From NCBI GenBank assembly GCA_027046625.1, contig JALTXX010000016.1:42202-106201 (forward strand): a DNA stretch of 64,000 bases, given 5' to 3'. The notes under the pieces were generated by a model, which saw nothing but the letters and a program-made list of their open reading frames with translations, was not told the DNA's origin and did no database searches. This document shows positions 1 through 9,111 of this stretch, one piece after another. The translations under genes were made by a program, and so were the position numbers. The DNA comes from Candidatus Micrarchaeota archaeon. Lineage in GTDB: Archaea > Iainarchaeota > Iainarchaeia > JAADDC01. Each line of letters opens with the position of its first letter. Position 1 is the stretch's first letter.

Positions 1-432
1 TTCTATGTTTCTAAGCTCTATGTGGTAAATGCCCTCTCTGAAACTCTGAACACCAGCCACCTTAATTCCCGACTCTCGTGCAATGGAGAGAATGCGCTTG
101 GCAGATTCGAGATCCTTTGAAGCTAGATGAAGGATGAAGGGTTCGACCTTAAACCACAAAAACATACCCTCGAAGGAGGATACCTTATCCAAGACCTCCT
201 CTACCATTACGGGTCTGTGCCACTTCCCCACAAATGAGGACGGCTCTTTTCTCTCATACAAGTCGGTAGCTAGTAATACTACCCTTCCTGAGCAAGAAGA
301 GGTGGTAACAAACTCTTCTTTGTTGTTTATAACATTTAAAACAGGTATAATAGGTACGTCTACAGCCTCTTCCTTCAAAGCCTCTTCCAGTTTTCTCAAA
401 TGCTTTCTCCGATAGGTTTTCCAAATATCCAT
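1..432 (-). CDS. taw3: tRNA wyosine-derivative methyltransferase Taw3/TYW3 (3' end runs off the window)
   Basis: Not in ORF track. Manual translation from ATG at 432: MDIWKTYRRKHL...AVDVPIIPVLNVINNKEEFVTTSSCSGRVV...KWH, with the TTSSCSGR signature. Confidence 0.88.
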   Translation of the reverse strand, partial: MDIWKTYRRKHLRKLEEALKEEAVDVPIIPVLNVINNKEEFVTTSSCSGRVVLLATDLYERKEPSSFVGKWHRPVMVEEVLDKVSSFEGMFLWFKVEPFILHLASKDLESAKRILSIARESGIKVAGVQSFREGIYHIELRNIE

Positions 433-481
433 GAAAGAAGAGGCTCCATGCATTTTAAATCTTCGTGTATCATTTTTTCCC

Positions 482-781
482 ATGGGAAAGGTTACCTATG
501 TAACGTGCATATACTGTGGAAGGAGGGTTCCCCGAGATTCTGCTGTACCTGTTTACAAAACCCCATCCTGGTTGTCAGCTCTTGACAACACCCAAGAGAT
601 CACCTTTGTGGGTTGGGGAGCGGAGAAGGTCTATGTTTGTATTTCCTGTGCCAAACATAGAGGAATATCATTTGAGGGATGGAGGGTAAAGATAGTAAGG
701 GAGGACAGAAAGGTTAGAGAGCAGAAAAGAAAGAAGGCTTTGGGAAAGAAAAAGAAATCAGCTAACTCTGTAAAGAATTAG
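482..781 (+). CDS. rps26e: 30S ribosomal protein S26e
   Basis: CxxCGRRVPRD...VYVCISCAKHRGI zinc motif and basic tail; ATG 482 preferred over 431. Confidence 0.88.
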   Translation: MGKVTYVTCIYCGRRVPRDSAVPVYKTPSWLSALDNTQEITFVGWGAEKVYVCISCAKHRGISFEGWRVKIVREDRKVREQKRKKALGKKKKSANSVKN

Positions 782-3118
782 ATAACCAGTAGGAGACACA
801 TACACAGGTTTCACTCTTTCGTTCCCTCCCTTCCATAGAAGGAACATAAAGCTCCGATTCATCTTTTCTGTGACCAATACTAGCCTGTCCTCTATTTTGT
901 ATACGCCGTATCCCTTGAATTTGGGCAGCTCCTCAAAGGGTAGGGGTGCAAGAAATACAGAGGGAGCCCTTTCTATAATGTTTTTCTCCACAAAAATGGG
1001 GTTGATAGGATCGCCGCAGTTGTAGTAGTTATCATACAAGCCTGTGACGGGTTTGCAGGGCTGTGTTATGTAGAAGAGATAGTCGGGCGCAAGCTGGGAA
1101 GCAGCCCTAAATCCATAGGCATAGAGAAGGAATGCGTTGTATCCATAGATGTAATCTCTACTCCAAAGTATATAGTCATAGTTCTTTTCCTGTACCCTCC
1201 TTATCCCCTCCTCCCATGGGGACAAGAAAGTTTCTGCAACATACTGGTTAGCCTTGAACACGACATTTGTGTTATCTGTTGCAAGGTATCTCTCTGTGAA
1301 GAAGGCCAGCCAGTGCCCTAAACCCCACCAGTTAAATATGGCAGCATTCTTTTCTGTGTTCTTCTCTATAAACTCAAAGGTAGCCAAATAGTCAGGCCCC
1401 CTCATCCAGAACGTGTCTGAAGTGATAGGTGCAATAGTGAGGGCCTCTGCAGCCTCCTCCGGATAAAGGAGGGTAGGAACTCTACCAACTGTGTGGAATA
1501 TGCCTGTTGCAAGGAGTGCAAACACTATTATAATATAAATAGTAAGGATCCATTCCTTCTTTCCTCTGTTCCAGAGATCTGCCAGCACAAGACCGGCTAC
1601 CAATCCCAGAGGAGCGCCAAAATAGTAGTTTGTCTTTAGTTTTATCCATGCAAGGTAGAGAGTGAGTCCGAATACGGCCAGAATAATAAGATATTCTGGT
1701 CTCCTTTTGTATATAAGGAAGGGAACAGCAAAGAGGGTAAATACTGCCAGAATAGAAAACTTAGGGGACCAGAAGAAGTACCCATATCTTTCCTCCACTA
1801 CTGTTGCACCAATAACGCCATACCTTTGCTCTAATAGGGGTACATTTCCTCCAAGGAAGTCTTCTATCCAGTTGTAACCGTTGTAGAAGACGGACAGTAA
1901 CCCCACCAAAAGCACAAGAACCGTTCCCCCGAGGAGATAGATCCACTCTCTTCTATCGTACCTTTTTGGAACCACAGTTGTTGCGGCGAATGATCCAATC
2001 ACCTGTGCAACAAATACCACAATTATACTGCCGAATATCATCTGATAAAGATCTACACCTGGGATGTTTCCTCCTACCTCTTTATACGCCTCTCCATATC
2101 CAATTATCCTTTCCCTTCCATCCTCCAGTGTTACTGTCATTTTGAACCCAGCGGTTGCACTTACCATGTAAAAGGGTATGGCAAGGAGGAGAGATGCCAA
2201 AGAGAAGTAAAACCACTTCTTTTCCTTTGTTATAAGGTGTAGTGTCAAAAAGTATGCCATGAGACCCATCAGTACAGGAATGAGGGGATGGGTTCCCAGT
2301 ACAAGGAGGGTGGCAGCTCCCACGCTATTTATATCTGTTGATAAGGTACCCACACTCTCAAGAGTGTTCACCGCTGTTCCTATGGCTAGTGAACGGAATA
2401 GTAGCCACACAACAATGGCTCCTATCGCTGTAAGGATAGCCCCTATGGTGGGTGTGATGGGAAATCTACTACCTATCTGAAGCGCTATCTCTCTTGCAAT
2501 GAATAGACCTATTGAGAGTAGAAGGGTATAGACTACTAGTTCGTAGGCCTTCCAGGCCACTGCAACCCCTAACCACGATATGGAAGACAGTAGAAGGAAC
2601 TTCCAATCTCTTCTCCTGACACCTTCCACAAATAGGAACACTCCAAGTAAAAATAGAGCCAATCCTACTGCATCATCCTCATAAAAGCCCGCCATACTTC
2701 TATACACATACCCCGGGTTTGTGGCAGCCAACGTCCCGGAGAGTATACCTGCAAGGGGTCCACCAACGTAGAATGCAAGCAAAGCCATGGACAAGCTTCC
2801 GATTACACCAAAGAAGGTGGATAAATCCTTCAGCGCGATAAACCACTGTTCCCTATTGTACTCTTCACCAAATCGTATCTTGTAATACCATGCTGGTAGG
2901 TAGAAGGATAACTCCTTTGGAATAGGAGGGTGTTCAAAATTGTAAGAGTATAAAGGATCCCTTTCTGGTAATTCTCCATTGAGTAGCACATACTTTCCAT
3001 GGCGTGCAAACCAATAGGAATCTATACCAAAGATATTTTCCCAGTGATACAGAAAGGCTCTTGCACCTATTGCCATAAGGGATACCACTAGGACGAGGAT
3101 AACAAGGTCCCTCTTCAC
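758..3118 (-). CDS. aglB: STT3/AglB-family oligosaccharyltransferase with variant WWG motif
   Basis: Multi-TM N-domain with GIDSYW, RSMAGFYEDD and TVVEE motifs; C-domain NWWGLGHW...ATDNT. Confidence 0.85.
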   Translation of the reverse strand: MKRDLVILVLVVSLMAIGARAFLYHWENIFGIDSYWFARHGKYVLLNGELPERDPLYSYNFEHPPIPKELSFYLPAWYYKIRFGEEYNREQWFIALKDLSTFFGVIGSLSMALLAFYVGGPLAGILSGTLAATNPGYVYRSMAGFYEDDAVGLALFLLGVFLFVEGVRRRDWKFLLLSSISWLGVAVAWKAYELVVYTLLLSIGLFIAREIALQIGSRFPITPTIGAILTAIGAIVVWLLFRSLAIGTAVNTLESVGTLSTDINSVGAATLLVLGTHPLIPVLMGLMAYFLTLHLITKEKKWFYFSLASLLLAIPFYMVSATAGFKMTVTLEDGRERIIGYGEAYKEVGGNIPGVDLYQMIFGSIIVVFVAQVIGSFAATTVVPKRYDRREWIYLLGGTVLVLLVGLLSVFYNGYNWIEDFLGGNVPLLEQRYGVIGATVVEERYGYFFWSPKFSILAVFTLFAVPFLIYKRRPEYLIILAVFGLTLYLAWIKLKTNYYFGAPLGLVAGLVLADLWNRGKKEWILTIYIIIVFALLATGIFHTVGRVPTLLYPEEAAEALTIAPITSDTFWMRGPDYLATFEFIEKNTEKNAAIFNWWGLGHWLAFFTERYLATDNTNVVFKANQYVAETFLSPWEEGIRRVQEKNYDYILWSRDYIYGYNAFLLYAYGFRAASQLAPDYLFYITQPCKPVTGLYDNYYNCGDPINPIFVEKNIIERAPSVFLAPLPFEELPKFKGYGVYKIEDRLVLVTEKMNRSFMFLLWKGGNERVKPVYVSPTGYLILYRVS

Positions 3119-3163
3119 CTCAATATTAGGCTTGGGATGATGTTAAAAGGGTTGTGTAGTGAA

Positions 3164-3238
<75 letters not shown>

Positions 3239-3345
3239 TCCATATGGGGGTTTAGACTCTATCACCCCATGCTGGTGGGACCTTTTGATCCCTATCTACC
3301 ATATGCTGAAGGTAAGGTTAAAAAGTAGGCCTCCCAATTTATGAG

Positions 3346-3939
3346 GTGTTTATCGTAATAGAGGGAATAGACGGCTCCGGTAAAACCACACAGGCCCAGC
3401 TTCTTTATGCCTATCTTCTTAAAAAGGGCTATAAGGTTCACCTGACAGCAGAGCCCAGCCCCCACGTTACTGGAAATGCACTAAAACTTCTTTTAAGAAG
3501 CAAAGAAAAACTGCCAAAAGGAGTTTTGCTCCTTTCCTTCTTGGCAGACAGAATAACTCACACGGAGAATACCATTAAGCCCCTTTTGAAGGAAGGATAC
3601 ATTGTAATATCGGATAGATACCATCCATCTACCCTTGCGTACCAACGGGTAGAGGGATTTGAAGAGAGAGATATAAACACAGTACTAAAGGTGCTAGGCG
3701 CATCCCTTCCCATTCCGGATGTGGTGATTTACATAGATGTATCCCCTGAAGTGGCCATGGAGAGGATGCGAAGAAGGAGTAGCAGGGCAATATATGAGGA
3801 ACTAGAATTCCTTAGACAGGTTAGGGAGCGATACCTTTCTATGAAGGATATAGTGGTAGTTAATGGAGAAAGAGACCCTATAACTATCCATAAGGAAGTG
3901 GTAAGCATCGTAGAGAAGTTGTTATCCTCCGATAGGTGA
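3346..3939 (+). CDS. tmk: thymidylate kinase
   Basis: IEGIDGSGKTTQ P-loop; ISDRY..S.LAYQ motif. Confidence 0.95.
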   Translation: MFIVIEGIDGSGKTTQAQLLYAYLLKKGYKVHLTAEPSPHVTGNALKLLLRSKEKLPKGVLLLSFLADRITHTENTIKPLLKEGYIVISDRYHPSTLAYQRVEGFEERDINTVLKVLGASLPIPDVVIYIDVSPEVAMERMRRRSSRAIYEELEFLRQVRERYLSMKDIVVVNGERDPITIHKEVVSIVEKLLSSDR

Positions 3940-4446
3940 AACCCTTACCTTGTAGTGACCCGGCATCTTCATGGCGGCCCTTCGCATAGCCTCTCTCACA
4001 ACATTCTCATACCTTTTATAACTTACTACCTCAAACATGATCTTCCCTGGGTAAACCTGTGCTGCCCTCCCTATAGGTTTTCCAAAGGCCATTCTCATAC
4101 CTTTCTGTAATCTATCAGCTCCAGCACCCGTTATTTGCTTGTTCTCTCTTAGAACATGGTGAGGATATGCCCTCACCCTTATGAAGAAGTTTTTGGGTAT
4201 CTTTTTCTCCAAATATTTAATTATGGATAACCTTGCAGCCTCTATGGCATTATCCCTTACCTGAACAGCATCCTGGGCTATGAGAGTATAGACAGTGTCA
4301 AAATCCTCCTTCATCTCCCCTTGCACGAACTTTCTTATCTTTGGAACAGGATTTGCACCAATGTAATTCTTCTCTGGCACTTTTACTGCTACTCTTGTAT
4401 AGGGTCTCTCTATCTCTCTGTAGCATCGCGCAGGTCTCAGTCCCAT
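3922..4446 (-). CDS. rpl10e: 50S ribosomal protein L10e/uL16
   Basis: MGLRPARCYR...HVLRENK...GADRLQKGMRMAFGKP. Confidence 0.96.
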   Translation of the reverse strand: MGLRPARCYREIERPYTRVAVKVPEKNYIGANPVPKIRKFVQGEMKEDFDTVYTLIAQDAVQVRDNAIEAARLSIIKYLEKKIPKNFFIRVRAYPHHVLRENKQITGAGADRLQKGMRMAFGKPIGRAAQVYPGKIMFEVVSYKRYENVVREAMRRAAMKMPGHYKVRVSPIGG

Positions 4447-4526
4447 GCCACTATGATGGAATGTGAGATTTAAAAAGTGCTCGGCCTTAGCAACGCTTAA
4501 ATATGCAGAGTACCTAACTCAACATA

Positions 4527-5819
4527 ATGAGAGCCATCCTTCTGCTCCTTCTTTTGCCCTTCGCCTTTTCCAAGGTTGGTATATATGCAAAAGATTTTTC
4601 CGTAACTTGTTATAGATATAGCGACGATGTAAGATCTCTAAATCCAGAAACGCCGAATATTTTGGTGTCCTATCTGAGAGATGGAGGATTTGATGTGGAG
4701 CTCTTCTACTCTACGGAGGATATTGGAAAGTATGACGGAATAATAGTACTTGGATGTACATCTATGGATCCAAAGGATGTAGAGAGATTTCTATCCTTTG
4801 AAGGAAGGTTGGTGGTGGATGCTAGGGATGACAATCCTCTTTCTTCTGCGCTAGGTGTAAAGAGGAAGAGTTATCCCCTTGAGGGGACGGATACAAGCTC
4901 CTTCAGAGACGTATATGTGAACATTACAAATGGGATCCTTCTAAAGCACGTTATAAAGGGAGGCCCGCTTGTAGGGTATGAAAGGATGTATTATGTTGGC
5001 AATCCCATATTCCTTCCTTCAAGATTTAAAAGCGGGTTCTTGACCCCAACGGGAGAGGATGTGTTAGGAATAGACGATAACGTGGTGGTGACAGGATGTT
5101 TTTACTGTTCAGACCCGCTTCTGCTATATAACTTGGTGGACTGGGTAGAGGACGGGAAGATAGACTTCCCCAGCTTTTACATTGAGAGGGAGATAACCCC
5201 CTCCTTGGTGAGGGTAGGGGGTACCTTTGTGGACATTGTAAGGGTTAGGTCTCCCAAGGAGATGGAAGTGAGGGGAGAATACATATACGGTGAGGGCGGC
5301 GGGCAGTTCTGCAACTTTACACCCATAAATACAGAGTTTTCCGGTCCGGAAATAACAGGAAGAGAGTACGAAGTAGAAGCAAGGTTTATTTACAGGCCGG
5401 AAGAGCCCGTGTACTGCTATCTTCCTCCTGTAGTACTTGATCTTCTATGGAAAGCTTATAAGAGAACCGTAATACTTGATGCTATACCTGTAACAGTATC
5501 TTCTACTACTGTAGCGTTACCAGAAAGACCCCTAGACTGGATATACGTTTTGATTCCTCTAATTCTACTTATACTACTCTCTCCCTTCCTCTATAAACAG
5601 CTAAAAATAAGGAGGCTAAAGAAGCGATGGATTCAGTTAAAGAGGCTTATAGACAAGACAAACCAGCGTTATATGGCAAGGAAGATATCTAAAGAGGTGT
5701 ATGAAGAGCTTATAACGGAGTATACGAAGGAGCTTCAGCTTGTTGAAGGAGCGCTCACCGAGCTTGGCGTAGATATAACCACCCTAGAACGATCACACCG
5801 CCCACAAGGAGAACGATAA
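4527..5819 (+). CDS. secreted, C-terminally membrane-anchored hypothetical protein with cytoplasmic coiled-coil tail
   Basis: Signal peptide, extracellular domain, TM WIYVLIPLILLILL, then basic helical tail. Confidence 0.6.
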   Translation: MRAILLLLLLPFAFSKVGIYAKDFSVTCYRYSDDVRSLNPETPNILVSYLRDGGFDVELFYSTEDIGKYDGIIVLGCTSMDPKDVERFLSFEGRLVVDARDDNPLSSALGVKRKSYPLEGTDTSSFRDVYVNITNGILLKHVIKGGPLVGYERMYYVGNPIFLPSRFKSGFLTPTGEDVLGIDDNVVVTGCFYCSDPLLLYNLVDWVEDGKIDFPSFYIEREITPSLVRVGGTFVDIVRVRSPKEMEVRGEYIYGEGGGQFCNFTPINTEFSGPEITGREYEVEARFIYRPEEPVYCYLPPVVLDLLWKAYKRTVILDAIPVTVSSTTVALPERPLDWIYVLIPLILLILLSPFLYKQLKIRRLKKRWIQLKRLIDKTNQRYMARKISKEVYEELITEYTKELQLVEGALTELGVDITTLERSHRPQGER

Positions 5820-6645
5820 AGTATAGCGGGATACCCTCTTCACTTCCATATACTGTGGTGCTTGATTTTGTAGAACACTCCCCAGATCTTACCTCTACTG
5901 TGATCTCCACAGGGAAGGATTCCACCCTTGATATTATTTCAAACAGTTTGGAATCCTTGGTGTATCGCACCTCCACGTTGTTACCATTTAGTGTAGCCAC
6001 AACGTTGGAGGGGACGACCCTTTTACCATCTAGGAGCACCTCAAAGGTGTGTATTATGTATGTATCTCCTCCTTCCCTTAGCTGCTTGGTGGAAAGGTGG
6101 TTGATCTCCAGATTGCAGGATGAGAGTTTTACTATGGGAGAAGAGAGGGATGGGGAGCCCCTTCTTACCCTATAGCTGAGATAACCTCTCCCGTCCTTTA
6201 CAGTAACAAACCATGCAACGGTAGGATCAAACTCCAATACCATTTTATCCTCCGAGAGTATCTCGTCCGCATCCTCTACCATCTCCTTGGGAAACTCCTC
6301 TATCACAAGGTAATTTCCATCCTCCCCCTCTATAGTAATGGATACGCTTTTTCCATTGATTGTCTTTGACCAGTTATTCCCCTTGATGACATCGTAATCT
6401 ACTGTTACAAGCTTGTTATCCAGGGAAGTAAACACAACCCTAAGCTTATCTCCTGCATCAATATCTGCACAACACACATACTTCCCATTTTTGTATTCAC
6501 AGGTTGCCAGTGCGGTGCTATCATCTGACATGAAAGTGGCGTAATTCTTTACATTTGGGAGTCTATCTACGCAGATTGTGTTTGCGAATGATGTGGTAGA
6601 CAGTACGAGCAGGAACACCAGTGGATAAAGCAATGGACGCCACAT
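5755..6645 (-). CDS. cell-surface hypothetical protein (signal peptide and C-terminal TM)
   Basis: MWRPLLYPLVFLLVLSTTSFA signal, beta-rich body, C-terminal TM followed by RQAR; start uncertain. Confidence 0.6.
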   Translation of the reverse strand: MWRPLLYPLVFLLVLSTTSFANTICVDRLPNVKNYATFMSDDSTALATCEYKNGKYVCCADIDAGDKLRVVFTSLDNKLVTVDYDVIKGNNWSKTINGKSVSITIEGEDGNYLVIEEFPKEMVEDADEILSEDKMVLEFDPTVAWFVTVKDGRGYLSYRVRRGSPSLSSPIVKLSSCNLEINHLSTKQLREGGDTYIIHTFEVLLDGKRVVPSNVVATLNGNNVEVRYTKDSKLFEIISRVESFPVEITVEVRSGECSTKSSTTVYGSEEGIPLYFIVLLVGGVIVLGWLYLRQAR

Positions 6646-6937
6646 CTTCTCCAGAAACATATTTGTGCAGGATGATTTTAATGGTTTCCTCAGAATGCTT
6701 TGGAGGTCTTCCCCTCCCCCTCCCGCTCTCCACCACCCTGATGCCCACACTTTCCAAAGCCCTTATTACGGAGGGATCGGATATATGTTTAATACTCTTT
6801 GGAACTACTATGCGCTTTAAGGAGGGCATGCGAAGCAGTATGTTTGTTACAAGCTTTTTGGAAAGCCGAATGGATATGTAAACACTATCATCGTCCTTTA
6901 ATTTTTCCACATCACTTATTCTTCTCACTTTTTGCAT
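6563..6937 (-). CDS. DUF1699-like protein with C-terminal HTH
   Basis: GRGRGRPPK motif followed by HTH-like SIALSTGVPARTVYHII. Confidence 0.55.
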   Translation of the reverse strand: MQKVRRISDVEKLKDDDSVYISIRLSKKLVTNILLRMPSLKRIVVPKSIKHISDPSVIRALESVGIRVVESGRGRGRPPKHSEETIKIILHKYVSGEDVASIALSTGVPARTVYHIIRKHNLRR

Positions 6938-7919
6938 TTTTCAATGCCTCCAAGAACCTTTCAGCTTTGCTCCCCCCTTTACACATATCCTTCAAGAGGG
7001 AGTGTGCAAGATCCCTTGTGTATAGAGAACGTCCCAATCCCTCAATCTTTTTTAACGTGCTTAGGATACGTTCTCTTTTGCATTCATCATCCCTAATATA
7101 GGATTCTATCTGGTCTACTGATGTGACACCTCTCAAGGGCCTTTTTGGATAGTAGGGAGGGAAGTACGTGAAGTATTTAACAAGAAACCGGGATATTTCC
7201 CTAGCTACCCTATCTGATAGAATATGGTACGCCCTGAACCTCTTGCTCCTAACCTCCTTTAGTACGGCGGGATCTATTTCTCCCTCCTTTGTAAGAAATC
7301 CTTCCTCCTCTAACCTTTGTAAAAGCATCCACATGATTTCTTCGTTTCTATATATGTTGTCAATGCCAAAGGAGAGTACAATGTTTACGTATCTCTGGGC
7401 CCTCTCCGATAACGTGGGTAGCTTAACCTCTTCAAGGGACTTTGCCAGACCTATATATGTAACTATGAGGTGAGTTGATCTAGGTAGCTTCTTTTTGTGC
7501 ATAAAATCTGTAAACACCATGAAAGCGGCACCATTCTTTACAACCTTCATATAGGAGCCATCGTAGGGCAGAAATGGGATGTAATCCGTTAATATGTTAT
7601 CTTCTAGGGAGTATAGAGCCAGTTTGTTGGCATGATAAGCTACTGTAGCCCTCTCGAGGGTCCACTTCTTGATATTTATAGAGTATATATATCTTTTCAA
7701 CGCATTTATAGCCTCGAAGAGTTCCTCATCTTCCAGTTCTTCCATACCAGGAAGGAGCTTCCTAAGAGAAAGAGCAGGTGTGCGAAAGCCTTGCCTATGC
7801 ATCTCTGATATGAACTCTTTGAGCCTTTTTACCCTTTTTCTTAGCGTGTTTACATCCCTTGTCTCATCATAGGCATCAAGCTCTTCATTTACCTGTGCTA
7901 CAAGTTCTCCCACGTCCAC
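6912..7919 (-). CDS. hypothetical protein, possibly DUF530-like
   Basis: 335-aa ORF co-oriented downstream of top6A; N-terminus ELVAQVNEELD...GFRTP resembles DUF530 from memory. Confidence 0.45.
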   Translation of the reverse strand: MDVGELVAQVNEELDAYDETRDVNTLRKRVKRLKEFISEMHRQGFRTPALSLRKLLPGMEELEDEELFEAINALKRYIYSINIKKWTLERATVAYHANKLALYSLEDNILTDYIPFLPYDGSYMKVVKNGAAFMVFTDFMHKKKLPRSTHLIVTYIGLAKSLEEVKLPTLSERAQRYVNIVLSFGIDNIYRNEEIMWMLLQRLEEEGFLTKEGEIDPAVLKEVRSKRFRAYHILSDRVAREISRFLVKYFTYFPPYYPKRPLRGVTSVDQIESYIRDDECKRERILSTLKKIEGLGRSLYTRDLAHSLLKDMCKGGSKAERFLEALKNAKSEKNK

Positions 7920-7962
7920 ATTACTATGGTACTACGCTGCTAATATAAGCATATCTGAAAAA

Positions 7963-9111
7963 TTATGGCAAAAAGGCCTTGGCCTCCAGCTTGGCAGGCA
8001 CATAATCCTTTGATATGAATCTCCAGTGTTTTGAGGCAGCAGCCTCAATTTCCATCTTGAACTGCTCTTTCTCTAGTAGTTCAAACTCTCTTTGCCATTC
8101 CTTCTTCTTAAACCATGGATAATTTTTCAGCTCGTTAACCCTCTTTATATCCCACTCCTTTAGTTTTATCTTCACTGTGGGCGGAAACTTGAACTCGTGG
8201 TAATCTGAGATGGTTAGACCCAGGAACCTGGCTGCAGGGGTTGCGAGTTGGGGAGAAAGGTAAGATAGGTTTATGGAGCCCTGTTTGTATACGGAATATA
8301 TGTACCACCCAGCAGGATCTGCATCTGTGAGTACATACACAGGCAACTTAAATTCGTAGTGCAGTCTGTGAACTAACCTTCTTGTGGCCCTGTCTGCCTG
8401 GCCTCCGCCTGTTATAATGATGGCATTGTACTCATCCCAGAACCTATCCTCATGGAATCTTACCCAAGACGCAAACTTCTCAATAACTAGCACAAACTCT
8501 GCCTCTACCTTTTTTATGTGGACCCTTTCTGGCTCTACAATGGGAGGTATGGCCCAGCCCCCCATACCTAACATGGTTCCATCCACCTCTGTGACCCTAT
8601 GTTTTCCATCGGGGGACGGGACCCTCTCTTCTATCTCTATGGGGCCTGCTAGATGCCCCTTCCCTCCCTGGGACATGATGTGAAACTCCTCTCTTATGAC
8701 GTTTAGCATGGTTTCAAGGTCTTCTATAGCCTTGTCACTTTCCCTCTGCTCATCTACGAGGTTCTCCCTTGTGCCTGGAATAGTAAACTTTACTGTGTAG
8801 TAGAGATCTCTCAAGCTTGATGTAATACCCTCCTCTACAAGTTCCTTTATTCTGCTTGCCACCCATACAGTTTGGAGGAAGCGCTTTGCATGTGCTATAT
8901 TCAAGAAGTATCTTCTAGAAAGCTTTTCTCCCATAAGGATTACACCCTTTTCCTCGTCCCATATAACATTTGAGAGTGTTCTTGTTGGTAGCTCTATGTA
9001 AAGATCCTTCTCTTTCTCTGCTTTTTCTAGTATAGACTCTGCCCACTCCTTTAATCGCTTCAAAACCTCCTTATCCTTCCTTCTAATCTCCTCAATAATC
9101 TTCTCGTTCAT
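7963..9111 (-). CDS. top6A: DNA topoisomerase VI subunit A
   Basis: SLRDLYY catalytic Tyr region, VIEK, TDADPAG Toprim motifs. Confidence 0.96.
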   Translation of the reverse strand: MNEKIIEEIRRKDKEVLKRLKEWAESILEKAEKEKDLYIELPTRTLSNVIWDEEKGVILMGEKLSRRYFLNIAHAKRFLQTVWVASRIKELVEEGITSSLRDLYYTVKFTIPGTRENLVDEQRESDKAIEDLETMLNVIREEFHIMSQGGKGHLAGPIEIEERVPSPDGKHRVTEVDGTMLGMGGWAIPPIVEPERVHIKKVEAEFVLVIEKFASWVRFHEDRFWDEYNAIIITGGGQADRATRRLVHRLHYEFKLPVYVLTDADPAGWYIYSVYKQGSINLSYLSPQLATPAARFLGLTISDYHEFKFPPTVKIKLKEWDIKRVNELKNYPWFKKKEWQREFELLEKEQFKMEIEAAASKHWRFISKDYVPAKLEAKAFLP

